Counted from the stretch's first letter, positions 1 through 7,180 are shown. The stretch: DNA of 64,000 bases from Candidatus Campbellbacteria bacterium (GCA_024653945.1 JANLIT010000002.1:80255-144254); one strand, 5' to 3'. The notes: generated by a model from the letters alone, not told the origin. Made by a program: numbers and translations.

Positions 1-247
1 AAATTACCTTAAGCGTTTGAGTGATTTGGAAAATATTGCTACATCATTTGAAGGTGTTGAGAAAGCATATGCGATTCAAGCGGGACGTGAGATTCGTATT
101 TTCATCAATCCGGAGAAAATTACCGACATTGAAGCAAAAACAATGGCACGCAGTATCGCTGACCGTATTGAAAAGGAATTAAAATTCCCTGGAGAAATTA
201 AGGTTAATGTGATTCGCGAGAATAGAGTTATAGAATACGCCCGGTAG
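1..247 (+). CDS. rny: Ribonuclease Y, C-terminal end; the gene starts upstream of the window
   Basis: The translation ...[54 protein letters not shown] matches the conserved RNase Y C-terminus (GREIRV..PE.I.D.EA...AR.I...IE.EL.YPG.IKVTVIRETRAVEYAK). Stop is at 245-247. Confidence 0.8.
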   Translation, partial: NYLKRLSDLENIATSFEGVEKAYAIQAGREIRIFINPEKITDIEAKTMARSIADRIEKELKFPGEIKVNVIRENRVIEYAR

Positions 248-270
248 TCATATAACATGTAACGTGTAAC

Positions 271-310
271 AAAAAAGGTCGGCTCCACCATGGGGCCGAC
301 CTTTGTCGCT
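271..310. terminator. Terminator hairpin between the convergent rny and phosphoesterase genes
   Basis: An A-run at 271-276 is followed by stem AGGTCGGC/GCCGACCT (276-302) with an 11-nt loop. On the minus strand the hairpin is followed by a T-run. Confidence 0.5.
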
Positions 311-330
311 TTAAAGAACCTTCGCGAGTT

Positions 331-759
331 TCACTCGGGTAGTGGTTCGATCCACGCCTCAGCAACAAGTACCAGACGACCCGTTGCCACGTCACGAACG
401 TGGTAGTTTACCCACGTATACGTTTTTCCACAACAAATGTCTTCTCGTATCTCGTTGCCTTCGATGATGCCAGTTCCCACGCGAGCACCCTTAGTGTTGC
501 AGGAAACTCGCGTACCGTTCGGAAGAACCATTTCGGGCCAGAAACATCCTGGAACGAGCTCCAAGTGAACATGGTCATCAGAAATCTCCAGAACCCGCAG
601 GGTCTGGAGGTCCAGAACCAGGTAGATGAGCCACCCCTCTTCCCGCTCACCATACCAAACCTCTTTGAATAGGTGTCCGAGCACGACACCCTGGCCACTC
701 AGTAGGCCAGAGCACACAACCCTCTTCCTCGGTGAAATGACTTCAGATGCACACACCAT
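331..759 (-). CDS. Putative metallophosphoesterase, YfcE/MJ0936-like
   Basis: The 142-aa ORF has a C-terminal region (VGTGIIEGNEIRE...TYTWVNYHVRDVATGRLVLV) resembling the YfcE-type phosphodiesterase C-terminus, and a DDHVH-like metal-ligand motif. The start codon is uncertain. Confidence 0.4.
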   Translation of the reverse strand: MVCASEVISPRKRVVCSGLLSGQGVVLGHLFKEVWYGEREEGWLIYLVLDLQTLRVLEISDDHVHLELVPGCFWPEMVLPNGTRVSCNTKGARVGTGIIEGNEIREDICCGKTYTWVNYHVRDVATGRLVLVAEAWIEPLPE

Positions 760-947
760 TGTTCACTCCCTCTCTACCTAGAAAAATGTTACGTTGAAAT
801 TGTAATCTTCGATAGTTATACATTTTTATATAGAAAATGTCAACTCACCGCCCTTTCTCTTCATATCCACACTATTCTCTAGGGGTATTGCTTAAAAAAC
901 GGCTTCGTTGCTATACTTTTGTATACGGTCGAATAAAAACCATTACC

Positions 948-961
948 AACCACTAGTGGTT
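948..961. promoter_or_regulatory. 14-bp palindrome AACCACTAGTGGTT, 10 bp upstream of the hup start
   Basis: A perfect palindrome lies in the divergent promoter region between the phosphoesterase and hup genes. It is a possible operator. Confidence 0.25.
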
Positions 962-971
962 ATCAAAAAAT

Positions 972-1250
972 ATGAATAAAGCAGCACTTGTCGAGCGCAT
1001 TGCAGAACGTCATGGTGTTACCAAGGCAGACGCAGAGCGCATCATGGACACAGTCATTGATTCAATTACATCAACGCTTAAAGGCGGAGGTGAAGTTGCA
1101 ATCGCTGGATTGGGTGCGTTCAAAGTTCGCGCCCGCGCAGCACGAACAGCACGCAACCCACGCACAGGAGCATTAGTAAATGTTCCCGCAACAAAAGTGC
1201 CAAAGTTTTCAGCAGCAAAGGCACTCAAAGAAGCAGTGAAAGGAAAATAA
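972..1250 (+). CDS. hup: DNA-binding protein HU
   Basis: The 92-aa product MNKAALVERIAE..GEVAIAGLGAFKVRARAARTARNPRTGA..V.. carries the canonical HU/IHF signature including the RNPRTGE-like arm. Confidence 0.9.
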   Translation: MNKAALVERIAERHGVTKADAERIMDTVIDSITSTLKGGGEVAIAGLGAFKVRARAARTARNPRTGALVNVPATKVPKFSAAKALKEAVKGK

Positions 1251-1274
1251 TTTTCATTTCATTGTCCCACATAC

Positions 1275-1301
1275 AAAAAATCTCCTTCGGGAGATTTTTT
1301 G
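1275..1301. terminator. Rho-independent terminator after hup
   Basis: AAAAAA, then stem ATCTCC/GGAGAT with loop TTCG, then TTTTTT. Confidence 0.7.
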
Positions 1302-1373
1302 TATACAATCATTTAATTTTCGGTCACTGAAAGCGACCGTTGCCGCCGCAAGGTGGTGTTTTTGTTTTGTGTG

Positions 1374-1444
1374 TGCGGGATGCCGGAATCGGACCGGCGA
1401 CACCAGTTTGGAAAACTGGAGTTATGCCACTTAACTAATCCCGC
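1374..1444 (-). tRNA. tRNA-Gly (anticodon TCC)
   Basis: On the reverse complement the fold is: acceptor GCGGGAT/ATCCCGC; D-arm GTTA-AGTGGCA-TAAC; anticodon stem CCAGT/ACTGG with loop TTTCCAA (anticodon UCC); T-arm GCCGG-TCCGATT-CCGGC; discriminator A. CCA is not encoded. Confidence 0.75.
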
Positions 1445-1566
1445 CTTCGCTGCGCTTCGGCGGGTAAACCCGCCAGACAATATCCGAACAATACCTACTC
1501 AATGCACAAGCAACACGTAGAAGCATGGTACCAAAAAATTGAGAAACGACAACGCCTACCTACGCA

Positions 1567-1598
1567 GACGCGCCCGCCTCGTATGAGGTGGGCGCGTC
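1567..1598. terminator. 14-bp GC-rich hairpin downstream of the minus-strand acidic ORF
   Basis: Stem GACGCGCCCGCCTC/GAGGTGGGCGCGTC with loop GTAT. No U-run follows. Confidence 0.3.
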
Positions 1599-1622
1599 AA
1601 TCAAGAGTATGTAAAACGTGCA

Positions 1623-1784
1623 CTACTCAGCCGATGAGCCGTCAGCATCTGATTCATCCTCGTCCGCACCTTCTCCATCTTCACCAACCTCAGGTGCCTC
1701 ATCCTCGGGGTCGTTCTCAAGAGGCGTTGCCGCAGGACTTTCATCACCATCTGTTGGAAGTGTAATATCGTCTAAATCTGACAT
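1623..1784 (-). CDS. Small, highly acidic hypothetical protein (53 aa)
   Basis: Translated by hand from the minus strand as MSDLDDITLPTDGDESPAATPLENDPEDEAPEVGEDGEGADEDESDADGSSAE. It falls below the ORF-track length cutoff. Overlapping plus-strand ORFs look like low-complexity artefacts. Confidence 0.35.
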   Translation of the reverse strand: MSDLDDITLPTDGDESPAATPLENDPEDEAPEVGEDGEGADEDESDADGSSAE

Positions 1785-1829
1785 ATATACAATAGGTTAA
1801 TTGGCAATGGTATCCGCATGGTGCGAATT

Positions 1830-1849
1830 CCTGCCTGCCGGCAGGCAGG
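1830..1849. repeat. Perfect 20-bp GC palindrome CCTGCCTGCCGGCAGGCAGG, copy 1 of 2 (26 bp shared with 6636-6655 in inverted orientation)
   Basis: Exact match to 6636-6655, with shared flank AATT-palindrome-CG on opposite sides. It lies 43 bp upstream of the acidic ORF start. Confidence 0.6.
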
Positions 1850-1946
1850 CGCATGAGTATAGCAATGTGTCTGTGTTTGTCAACCAAAATCACCACCATG
1901 TTGCATCAGGGTAATTTTATGCGCCCTTATTTTCTTTATTTTTTAT

Positions 1947-2003
1947 CCCGTTAGAGAATATTTCAATACAACGTCTTGTGTGTCACCCAAGTTCTCTAAC
2001 GGG
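1947..2003. repeat. MITE-like inverted-repeat element, copy a (57 bp)
   Basis: Termini CCCGTTAGAGAA ... TTCTCTAACGGG. Flanked by TTTAT and ATTTAT. Ends 11 nt 3' of the stop of the DoxX-like gene. Confidence 0.55.
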
Positions 2004-2014
2004 ATTTATTACAT

Positions 2015-2395
2015 CTATCGAAACCACTCACGTAGTGTTCGTGGCCACGACAGCATCAACAAAAGTGCGAGAGGGGCTCCCCAGTTTGCAAATCGTTCAA
2101 TGAAATCCCAGATTGATTCTCCAACAATTGGACGAAGAAGTGCGGTCCAAAATCCCCACAACACTGCCCACAACAACACAACGCGAATTGGTTTGAGAAG
2201 AACAACAAGCGCAACAAACATATCAGCAACACCAATCAACATAAGAAGCGTTATTGCAGTACCGAGGTCAGCACCAGTTAATTTTTGTATCCAACCGAGC
2301 CACTGTTCTTTTCCATCAAGGGCTAACATACCATGACCAATAAATTCTCCAGCAACCGCAATTCGCAACACCCACTGAATAAGTTTTGTATTCAT
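2015..2395 (-). CDS. DoxX-like small integral membrane protein
   Basis: The ~127-aa product has 3-4 predicted TM helices (GHGMLAL...LIGVADMFVALVVLL...LWAVLWGFW). The start is taken at MNTKLIQ, whose ATG lies in the left flank of MITE copy b. The ORF track extends to 2443. Confidence 0.45.
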   Translation of the reverse strand: MNTKLIQWVLRIAVAGEFIGHGMLALDGKEQWLGWIQKLTGADLGTAITLLMLIGVADMFVALVVLLKPIRVVLLWAVLWGFWTALLRPIVGESIWDFIERFANWGAPLALLLMLSWPRTLREWFR

Positions 2396-2512
2396 CCCGT
2401 TTAGAGGCAGGTCGCGGTCATTGAAAATTTCCGAAACCTGCAAATTATTCTAGTAAAACAACTACTCATTATCCACCATACAATCCCGGAAGCGACCGCG
2501 GCCTCTAACGGG
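2396..2512. repeat. MITE-like inverted-repeat element, copy b (117 bp), with a perfect 6-bp flanking direct repeat ATTCAT
   Basis: Termini CCCGTTTAGAGGCAGGTCGCGGTC ... GACCGCGGCCTCTAACGGG form a ~22-bp imperfect inverted repeat. ATTCAT sits at 2390-2395 and again at 2513-2518. The left copy supplies the ATG of the DoxX-like gene. Confidence 0.6.
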
Positions 2513-2565
2513 ATTCATGTACTAAAAGTATTAAAAATAAACTACCACACCCAGTGTAGCCTTTC

Positions 2566-2931
2566 TTATTTTTTCTTCCTAGACACTGTGTGAATTGCTT
2601 TTAACACCCACTCTGTAAGCACTTCCCTATCTTCAAGCACGTCTGTGGGAACTTCATAATAGTTTTTCAGCACCTGCTCCTTGCTTGGACGAAAACAATC
2701 CATACCTACGTCAATAAATTTCTGTTTACTTTCGTTATCAGTTTTTACATACAGCACGTTATCAGAAATAATCGCAAAAAATATCCCCTCAGCATACAAA
2801 CCAAAACCACCAAACATTTTTCGTGCGGTTACGTCTGGAATAGCCATAAGCTGATCCAGCACAAAGTCTTTAAATGATTCGTCCACAAGTGTCGGGGCGC
2901 CGAGAATCGGACTCGGTCTATCTGCTCCCAA
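2566..2931 (-). CDS. TfoX/Sxy N-terminal-domain protein (competence-regulator family)
   Basis: KMFGGFGLYAEGIFFAIISDNVLYVKTD matches the TfoX_N hallmark (F.G.GL....fa.i....LYlk.d). Confidence 0.65.
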   Translation of the reverse strand: MGADRPSPILGAPTLVDESFKDFVLDQLMAIPDVTARKMFGGFGLYAEGIFFAIISDNVLYVKTDNESKQKFIDVGMDCFRPSKEQVLKNYYEVPTDVLEDREVLTEWVLKAIHTVSRKKK

Positions 2932-2996
2932 AGCAGACGTACTACCGGTATACTACGCCCCGTAACAAAAACAACAATATCATGTCTATACTGATT

Positions 2997-3401
2997 TTAA
3001 TAGACCCTTTCTTGTTTTATATCATTTTTTCTTTCTTCATCGTGCAATATTCGATGACAATTTGCACAAACAACTTCACATTTATTTATTTCCGACTTAA
3101 TACGCGAGAGACCGACCGCACGACGAAATGTTCCGACTGTAAATAATTTATCTTTTCCATTTTTGTGATGGAAATCAAGAACTCTTGGATCTCCAACTCC
3201 GCACCTACTACACCCTTTTTGTTGTTTGTATTCTAGAATTAATTGATAATAACGATTAATAAGCATTTGTTTTGTAATACGGTAACAATCGCGACACTTT
3301 CTGCGCCTGTACACTTTTTTCTCAGTCGTTAGAGCAACCCCAAAGAAGGACTCTGGGAGCGATTTTCCACAATATTTACAAACTTTTTCGCACTTTTTCA
3401 T
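2997..3401 (-). CDS. HNH endonuclease
   Basis: Cys-rich N-terminus plus DFHHKNGKDK...CEVVCANCHRILH, the HNH motif (His-Asn-His with Zn-binding Cys pairs). Confidence 0.8.
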   Translation of the reverse strand: MKKCEKVCKYCGKSLPESFFGVALTTEKKVYRRRKCRDCYRITKQMLINRYYQLILEYKQQKGCSRCGVGDPRVLDFHHKNGKDKLFTVGTFRRAVGLSRIKSEINKCEVVCANCHRILHDEERKNDIKQERVY

Positions 3402-3459
3402 GTCCCAATCCTAGCGCATCAAGATAAATTTGGGATAAAGTAAAGTATCCCAAATTTTT

Positions 3460-3530
3460 CGGGCCGTCGTATAGTGGCAGTACACAAGGCTGGGGGTCTT
3501 GTAGTGAGAGTTCGATTCTCTCCGGCCCGA
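3460..3530 (+). tRNA. tRNA-Pro (anticodon GGG)
   Basis: Acceptor CGGGCCG/CGGCCCG; D-arm GTAT-AGTGGCA-GTAC; anticodon stem CAAGG/TCTTG with loop CTGGGGG; T-arm GAGAG-TTCGATT-CTCTC; discriminator A followed by CC. Confidence 0.75.
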
Positions 3531-3538
3531 CCGTAGTT

Positions 3539-3958
3539 CTAAAGGACATTCTCAATGAAGAGTGTATGAGCTGTTTTGTCCTTTAGATTAAGTCGAATTG
3601 CCACAACATCTACCTGATACCGTGTTTCACGTGAAATATGTTTCTCAACTAGGTATGTCTGAATTGCCCTAGAAAGTCGCTCGAGCTTTTCACGCGTAAC
3701 GTGTTCCTCAGGTCTGATCATCGAGGTTAAACCTTGATAACCTGTTTCACGTGAAACGACACCGTTCCCTGTTTCGCATGAAACACATTTAACTTCAACA
3801 AATCTCAAAACTTTATTCTTTTGGGCAATAATATCTATCTCTCCCCATTTCTTTAGATAGTGTCTTTCTGTAATCTTAAAACCTCGTTTCACAAGAAACA
3901 GACACGCTAATTCTTCTCCTATTTTGCCTATTTTGATGTGTTTTGGGTCATTTTTCAT
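3539..3958 (-). CDS. YraN/UPF0102-family endonuclease-like protein carrying in-frame palindromic repeat insertions
   Basis: N-terminus GKIGEELACLFLVKRGFKI...WGEIDIIAQKNKVLRFVEVK and C-terminus RYQVDVVAI match UPF0102. The central part contains the repeated peptide VSRET, encoded by GTTTCACGTGAAAC palindromes. Confidence 0.6.
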   Translation of the reverse strand: MKNDPKHIKIGKIGEELACLFLVKRGFKITERHYLKKWGEIDIIAQKNKVLRFVEVKCVSCETGNGVVSRETGYQGLTSMIRPEEHVTREKLERLSRAIQTYLVEKHISRETRYQVDVVAIRLNLKDKTAHTLFIENVL

Positions 3959-4008
3959 GGAAAATAAGATTTCATGTGTAACAAATACCTATATGTTTCA
4001 CGTGAAAC
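3624..4008. repeat. Array of five copies of the 14-bp palindrome GTTTCACGTGAAAC (two exact, three 1-2 mismatch)
   Basis: Copies at 3624-3637 (GTTTCACGTGAAAT), 3744-3757 (exact), 3771-3784 (GTTTCGCATGAAAC), 3886-3899 (GTTTCACAAGAAAC) and 3995-4008 (exact, in the promoter region upstream of the YraN-like start). Confidence 0.7.
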
Positions 4009-4061
4009 ACTTATATCGGACATTATTAGAGACAAATTCTATAATATGGCTTAACTGGGCT

Positions 4062-4118
4062 ATTTTACACTGATATTTGCCTTTATTTTACACATGTCCA
4101 ATTGCCTGTCTTTTACAC
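4062..4118. repeat. Three iteron-like direct repeats (A)TTTTACAC spaced 23-25 bp apart
   Basis: ctATTTTACACtgatatttgcc, ttATTTTACACatgtccaattgcc and tcTTTTACACatatcc. They lie in the divergent region between the YraN-like gene and the tRNA cluster. Confidence 0.4.
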
Positions 4119-4285
4119 ATATCCCCGTTGTTGTCCACAGTTTTAGCCATTTTACCCTTTTAAAATAAAGTTTTCTTAAAGACATGGTTGTTTTGTCTTT
4201 ATAAAAATTTTATCTATTATCTTTTGGTCGAGAGTTGGTTAGAATTTGCTAAATTTTTTTATCTGATTTGCTCACAAAAAGATTA

Positions 4286-4317
4286 TTGACATACAAATTA
4301 TCGTATATTGTTATAAA
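4286..4317 (+). promoter_or_regulatory. Candidate promoter for the tRNA-Gly/tRNA-Arg transcription unit
   Basis: TTGACA at 4286-4291, with TGtTATAAA-like extended -10 elements downstream. The spacing is ambiguous. Confidence 0.3.
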
Positions 4318-4388
4318 CATATGGTAAATTCAGTGAAAATAGATATACTGTTCTTTGCGGTGGACTCGTCCGCCGAACAACGTGCAAG

Positions 4389-4459
4389 GCGGGCATGGTT
4401 TAGTGGTAGAACACGTCCTTGCCAAGGACGAGACGGGAGTTCGATTCTCCCTGCCCGCA
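4389..4459 (+). tRNA. tRNA-Gly (anticodon GCC)
   Basis: Acceptor GCGGGCA/TGCCCGC; D-arm GTTT-AGTGGTA-GAAC; anticodon stem CGTCC/GGACG with loop TTGCCAA; T-arm GGGAG-TTCGATT-CTCCC; discriminator A. Confidence 0.8.
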
Positions 4460-4498
4460 CACAGAAACAGGTTATAATAAATAAAGCTTATTAATGTT

Positions 4499-4570
4499 GC
4501 TCCCGTGGTGAAATGGATATCATGACAGGCTTCGAACCTGTTGTTGGGGGTTCGAATCCCTCCGGGAGCA
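4499..4570 (+). tRNA. tRNA-Arg (anticodon TCG)
   Basis: Acceptor GCTCCCG/CGGGAGC; D-arm GTGA-AATGGATA-TCAT; anticodon stem ACAGG/CCTGT with loop CTTCGAA; T-arm GGGGG-TTCGAAT-CCCTC; discriminator A. Confidence 0.7.
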
Positions 4571-4592
4571 CAGAGTGTAATACAATGTTTTC

Positions 4593-4712
4593 GAAGGGAT
4601 TCGAAAGTCGGAGCGCGACGGCGCGACACAGTAGGTCAATGTACTCATTGAGACGGGCAATCAGTAGATTGTGCCGAAGTAGGCTTCGAAAATAATTGCG
4701 ATCGAATCCCTT
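4593..4712 (+). other. Long-range inverted repeat (GAAGGGATTCGA ... TCGAATCCCTT) enclosing ~97 nt of the cca leader
   Basis: 12-bp arms at 4593-4604 and 4702-4712. The interior has a tandem GCGCGAC GGCGCGAC. It ends 20 nt before the cca ATG. Confidence 0.3.
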
Positions 4713-4732
4713 ACAATAGTTGCAAGAACTGT

Positions 4733-6196
4733 ATGAAAGACCTACCAAAAGAAGCGCGGGGGATTGTGGCCCTACTGCAACATAACGGGTACGAGGCGTA
4801 TCTTGTTGGTGGTTGCGTGCGCGACATGTACCTTGATTGCACACCAAAGGATTGGGATGTGACCACAAATGCAAATCCCGAACAAATTCAGGCGCTTTTT
4901 CCACATACTTTTTATGAAAATGAGTACGGAACCGTTGGTGTGGTGAACGATGAAACAGAAGATGCAACACTCAAAGCAATTGAAGTCACGCCATATCGAA
5001 AGGAGAGCGGGTACAGCGACAAACGACACCCAGATAGTGTTTCTTTTGGCACATCTCTTGAAGAAGACCTTGCGCGACGAGATTTTACCATCAACGCATT
5101 CGCGTTTGATACCACAACCAACACACTTGTTGATGTATATGATGGAAAAAAAGATTTGAAGGACAAACTCATCCGCGCGGTTGGTGATGCGGAGAAACGA
5201 TTCAATGAAGATGCACTCCGCATGTTGCGCGCTGTTCGTTTTGCAACGGAATTTGGTTTTGATATTGAAAAAAAGACGTCGGATGCAATTCTCAAACACG
5301 CAGATGACCTCGCACATATATCGGCCGAGCGTATTCGTGATGAATTCACTAAAATGCTTTTGTCAGACAGCCCATTTCGTGGAGTACGGCTTCTCCACGA
5401 ACACAAATTGCTCTCGTACATTGTTCCAGAATTAGAGAAGGGAATTGATGTGGGTCAAAATCAGGCCCATTCTTACACGGTTTTTGAGCACATTGGACGA
5501 ACACTGCAAGCTGCTGCTGATAAAAAATTCTCACTTGAACTTCGTCTTGCGACACTTTTTCATGACATCGCAAAACCACATACAAAAGCGATGGACACAA
5601 AGAAAAATGATTGGTCTTTCCATGGACATGAAGTTGTGGGCTCACGTCTTGCACGCAAACGAATGCAAGAGTTACGTTTTCCAACAGAGATTGTTGAAAA
5701 AGTGACGAAACTTGTTCGATGGCACATGTTTTTCTCCGATACAGAACAAATTACACACTCCGCTGTGCGTCGTCTCATTCGAAATGTTGGTCCAGAGAAT
5801 GTTGAAGATATTTTGAATGTGCGCATCTGTGATCGAATTGGAACAGGACGACCAAAAGAACAACCATATCGTTTGCGTAAATACAAAGCCATGATTGATG
5901 AGGTGCTGCGCGACCCGGTGTCTGTTGGAATGCTTAGTATTGATGGTAAACAGCTTATGGAGCTCCTTGGAGAGCGTCCCGGACCACGTATTGGATGGAT
6001 TCTCCATGCACTCCTTGAAGATGTACTTGATGACCCAACACAAAATACAAAAGAGTATTTGGAAACTCGCGCACAAACACTTGTAAAGCTTCCCGACGCA
6101 GAACTCCGCATACTTGGTGAAAAAGGGAGAGATGCACAGGAAGAAGCTGAGGAAAAAGAAGTTAAAAAAATCCGCTCCAAACATCACGTGGAGTGA
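4733..6196 (+). CDS. cca: CCA-adding tRNA nucleotidyltransferase / poly(A) polymerase family protein with HD domain
   Basis: GGCVRDMYL...DWDVTT nucleotidyltransferase head, RDFTINA motif, and an HD domain (LFHDIAKP...HGHEVVG). Confidence 0.85.
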   Translation: MKDLPKEARGIVALLQHNGYEAYLVGGCVRDMYLDCTPKDWDVTTNANPEQIQALFPHTFYENEYGTVGVVNDETEDATLKAIEVTPYRKESGYSDKRHPDSVSFGTSLEEDLARRDFTINAFAFDTTTNTLVDVYDGKKDLKDKLIRAVGDAEKRFNEDALRMLRAVRFATEFGFDIEKKTSDAILKHADDLAHISAERIRDEFTKMLLSDSPFRGVRLLHEHKLLSYIVPELEKGIDVGQNQAHSYTVFEHIGRTLQAAADKKFSLELRLATLFHDIAKPHTKAMDTKKNDWSFHGHEVVGSRLARKRMQELRFPTEIVEKVTKLVRWHMFFSDTEQITHSAVRRLIRNVGPENVEDILNVRICDRIGTGRPKEQPYRLRKYKAMIDEVLRDPVSVGMLSIDGKQLMELLGERPGPRIGWILHALLEDVLDDPTQNTKEYLETRAQTLVKLPDAELRILGEKGRDAQEEAEEKEVKKIRSKHHVE

Positions 6197-6312
6197 GAAG
6201 AAGCTTGTTAGCTTCGTTAGCTTGTAGCTTATTAGCTTTTTAGTTTGTGGAGAAAACAAAACCTGCCCGAGCCGAAGCTGGGGCAGAAGTGCGTCGCTGT
6301 GGACAGAGAAAG

Positions 6313-6537
6313 CTATCTCTGCCAAACCCGAAGTGCCGGGAATCCGTTCACAGCGTCTAGAGTCATCAGATTACCAGGAGCCGTAACGTAAAGTTCACTC
6401 TCCCGAGTCCTCGCTTGAATCTCCGCGTGTTGGAAGAATCCCCTCAGTGAGGTGGTGGCGGTCTTGTTCATGATGAATACCTCACCAAACGGGTTCACGC
6501 GGACGAGAATGCGACCGTCGTCAAAAACCGTTTTCAT
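6313..6537 (-). CDS. Hypothetical small protein (74 aa)
   Basis: Intact ORF with a strong sigma70-type promoter upstream on the minus strand. No recognisable domain. Confidence 0.4.
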   Translation of the reverse strand: MKTVFDDGRILVRVNPFGEVFIMNKTATTSLRGFFQHAEIQARTRESELYVTAPGNLMTLDAVNGFPALRVWQR

Positions 6538-6589
6538 GACTTTCTCCTCCTGTTTTTTTGAGCACGGTTGCTCGAGAACATTCGGTAGT

Positions 6590-6617
6590 ATTATATTACA
6601 TTTTTTATTATTGTCAA
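6590..6617 (-). promoter_or_regulatory. Sigma70-type promoter (TTGACA-16-TATAAT) for the 6313-6537 gene
   Basis: The minus strand reads TTGACAataataaaaaatgtaaTATAAT. The 20-bp GC palindrome sits 19 bp upstream of the -35. Confidence 0.55.
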
Positions 6618-6635
6618 TATTCTCTAATTCGCACG

Positions 6636-6655
6636 CCTGCCTGCCGGCAGGCAGG
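6636..6655. repeat. Perfect 20-bp GC palindrome, copy 2 of 2
   Basis: Identical to 1830-1849. The flanks show the two copies are mutually inverted (aatt-palindrome-cg is shared). Confidence 0.6.
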
Positions 6656-6702
6656 AATTAGTCCTCTTCCAACTTCCATTATTTTAAATTAAATACGCAT
6701 AC

Positions 6703-6748
6703 GCATATGTGACTTATAGCCACGACCGTGGCTATAAGTCACATATGC
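6703..6748. repeat. 46-bp near-perfect palindrome with 22-bp arms (GCATATGTGACTTATAGCCACG AC CGTGGCTATAAGTCACATATGC)
   Basis: The arms are exact reverse complements around a 2-nt centre. Preceded by tandem ACGCAT ACGCAT. Sits in a ~700-bp noncoding region. Confidence 0.6.
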
Positions 6749-7133
6749 AAAAAGCCGCCCTGAAGTCACGGAACGCAATTCGGTGAAGAATAACCTTCTG
6801 TAACAGTGCAAGACGGCCTTGGCTTAGGATTGCTCGGAGAGAAATCCTTGTGTGGATATGGGGTAAGAAGAGCCTGAACGTATAGACTGGAGGTGCGTAT
6901 GTGGGGCGCACTATTCTCGTGTCTTGTCTTGCGAGACAATTTCACGCAAAACCGTTTGTTGCTTTTTTCCTCAATCCCTATCCTTGGGAAAGAACGAATG
7001 TGTCAGAAAGAGGCAAGGAGATTTGTGTGGGGTATATTTAATTGGGCCCCTTTGCTCTGACTCTGGTAGTAAGTGTAAAGGACATGCATACGAGTGTAAA
7101 GGACAAAAGTGCATAACTCTACTCTTAATGTCC

Positions 7134-7169
7134 TTTACTCAGCACTTAAGAATTTAAGTGCTGAGTAAA
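7134..7169. other. 16-bp stem hairpin (TTTACTCAGCACTTAA-GAAT-TTAAGTGCTGAGTAAA) plus upstream GTAAAGGAC repeats
   Basis: GTAAAGGAC occurs as two direct copies (7073-7106) and one inverted copy that pairs with them. Structured noncoding region 3' of xth. Confidence 0.35.
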
Positions 7170-7180
7170 TGCCGGACATC

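Noticed and set aside
1375-1445. Plus-strand reading of the 1374-1444 tRNA as tRNA-Ser(GGA)
   Set aside because: The plus-strand fold lacks a T-arm and the long variable arm expected for Ser. The minus-strand fold gives a complete cloverleaf for Gly(UCC).
1502-1800. Plus-strand ORFs 1502-1765 and 1618-1800
   Set aside because: They are low-complexity S/P-rich translations antisense to a cleaner acidic minus-strand ORF that has a downstream hairpin.
3624-4008. CRISPR array interpretation of the repeated palindromes, and of other repeat families in the window
   Set aside because: Repeat spacing is irregular (27-129 bp). Repeats lie inside a protein-coding gene. No cas genes or leader are present. 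No other region shows regular repeat-spacer periodicity.
4330-4970. Minus-strand ORFs 4330-4629 and 4491-4970 (99 and 159 aa)
   Set aside because: They overlap tRNA-Gly(GCC) and tRNA-Arg(TCG) on the opposite strand and lack any family resemblance. They are treated as fortuitous ORFs.
6924-7157. 77-aa Cys-rich ORF in the long noncoding region
   Set aside because: No SD or promoter. It is embedded in hairpin and repeat sequence, so more likely noncoding.
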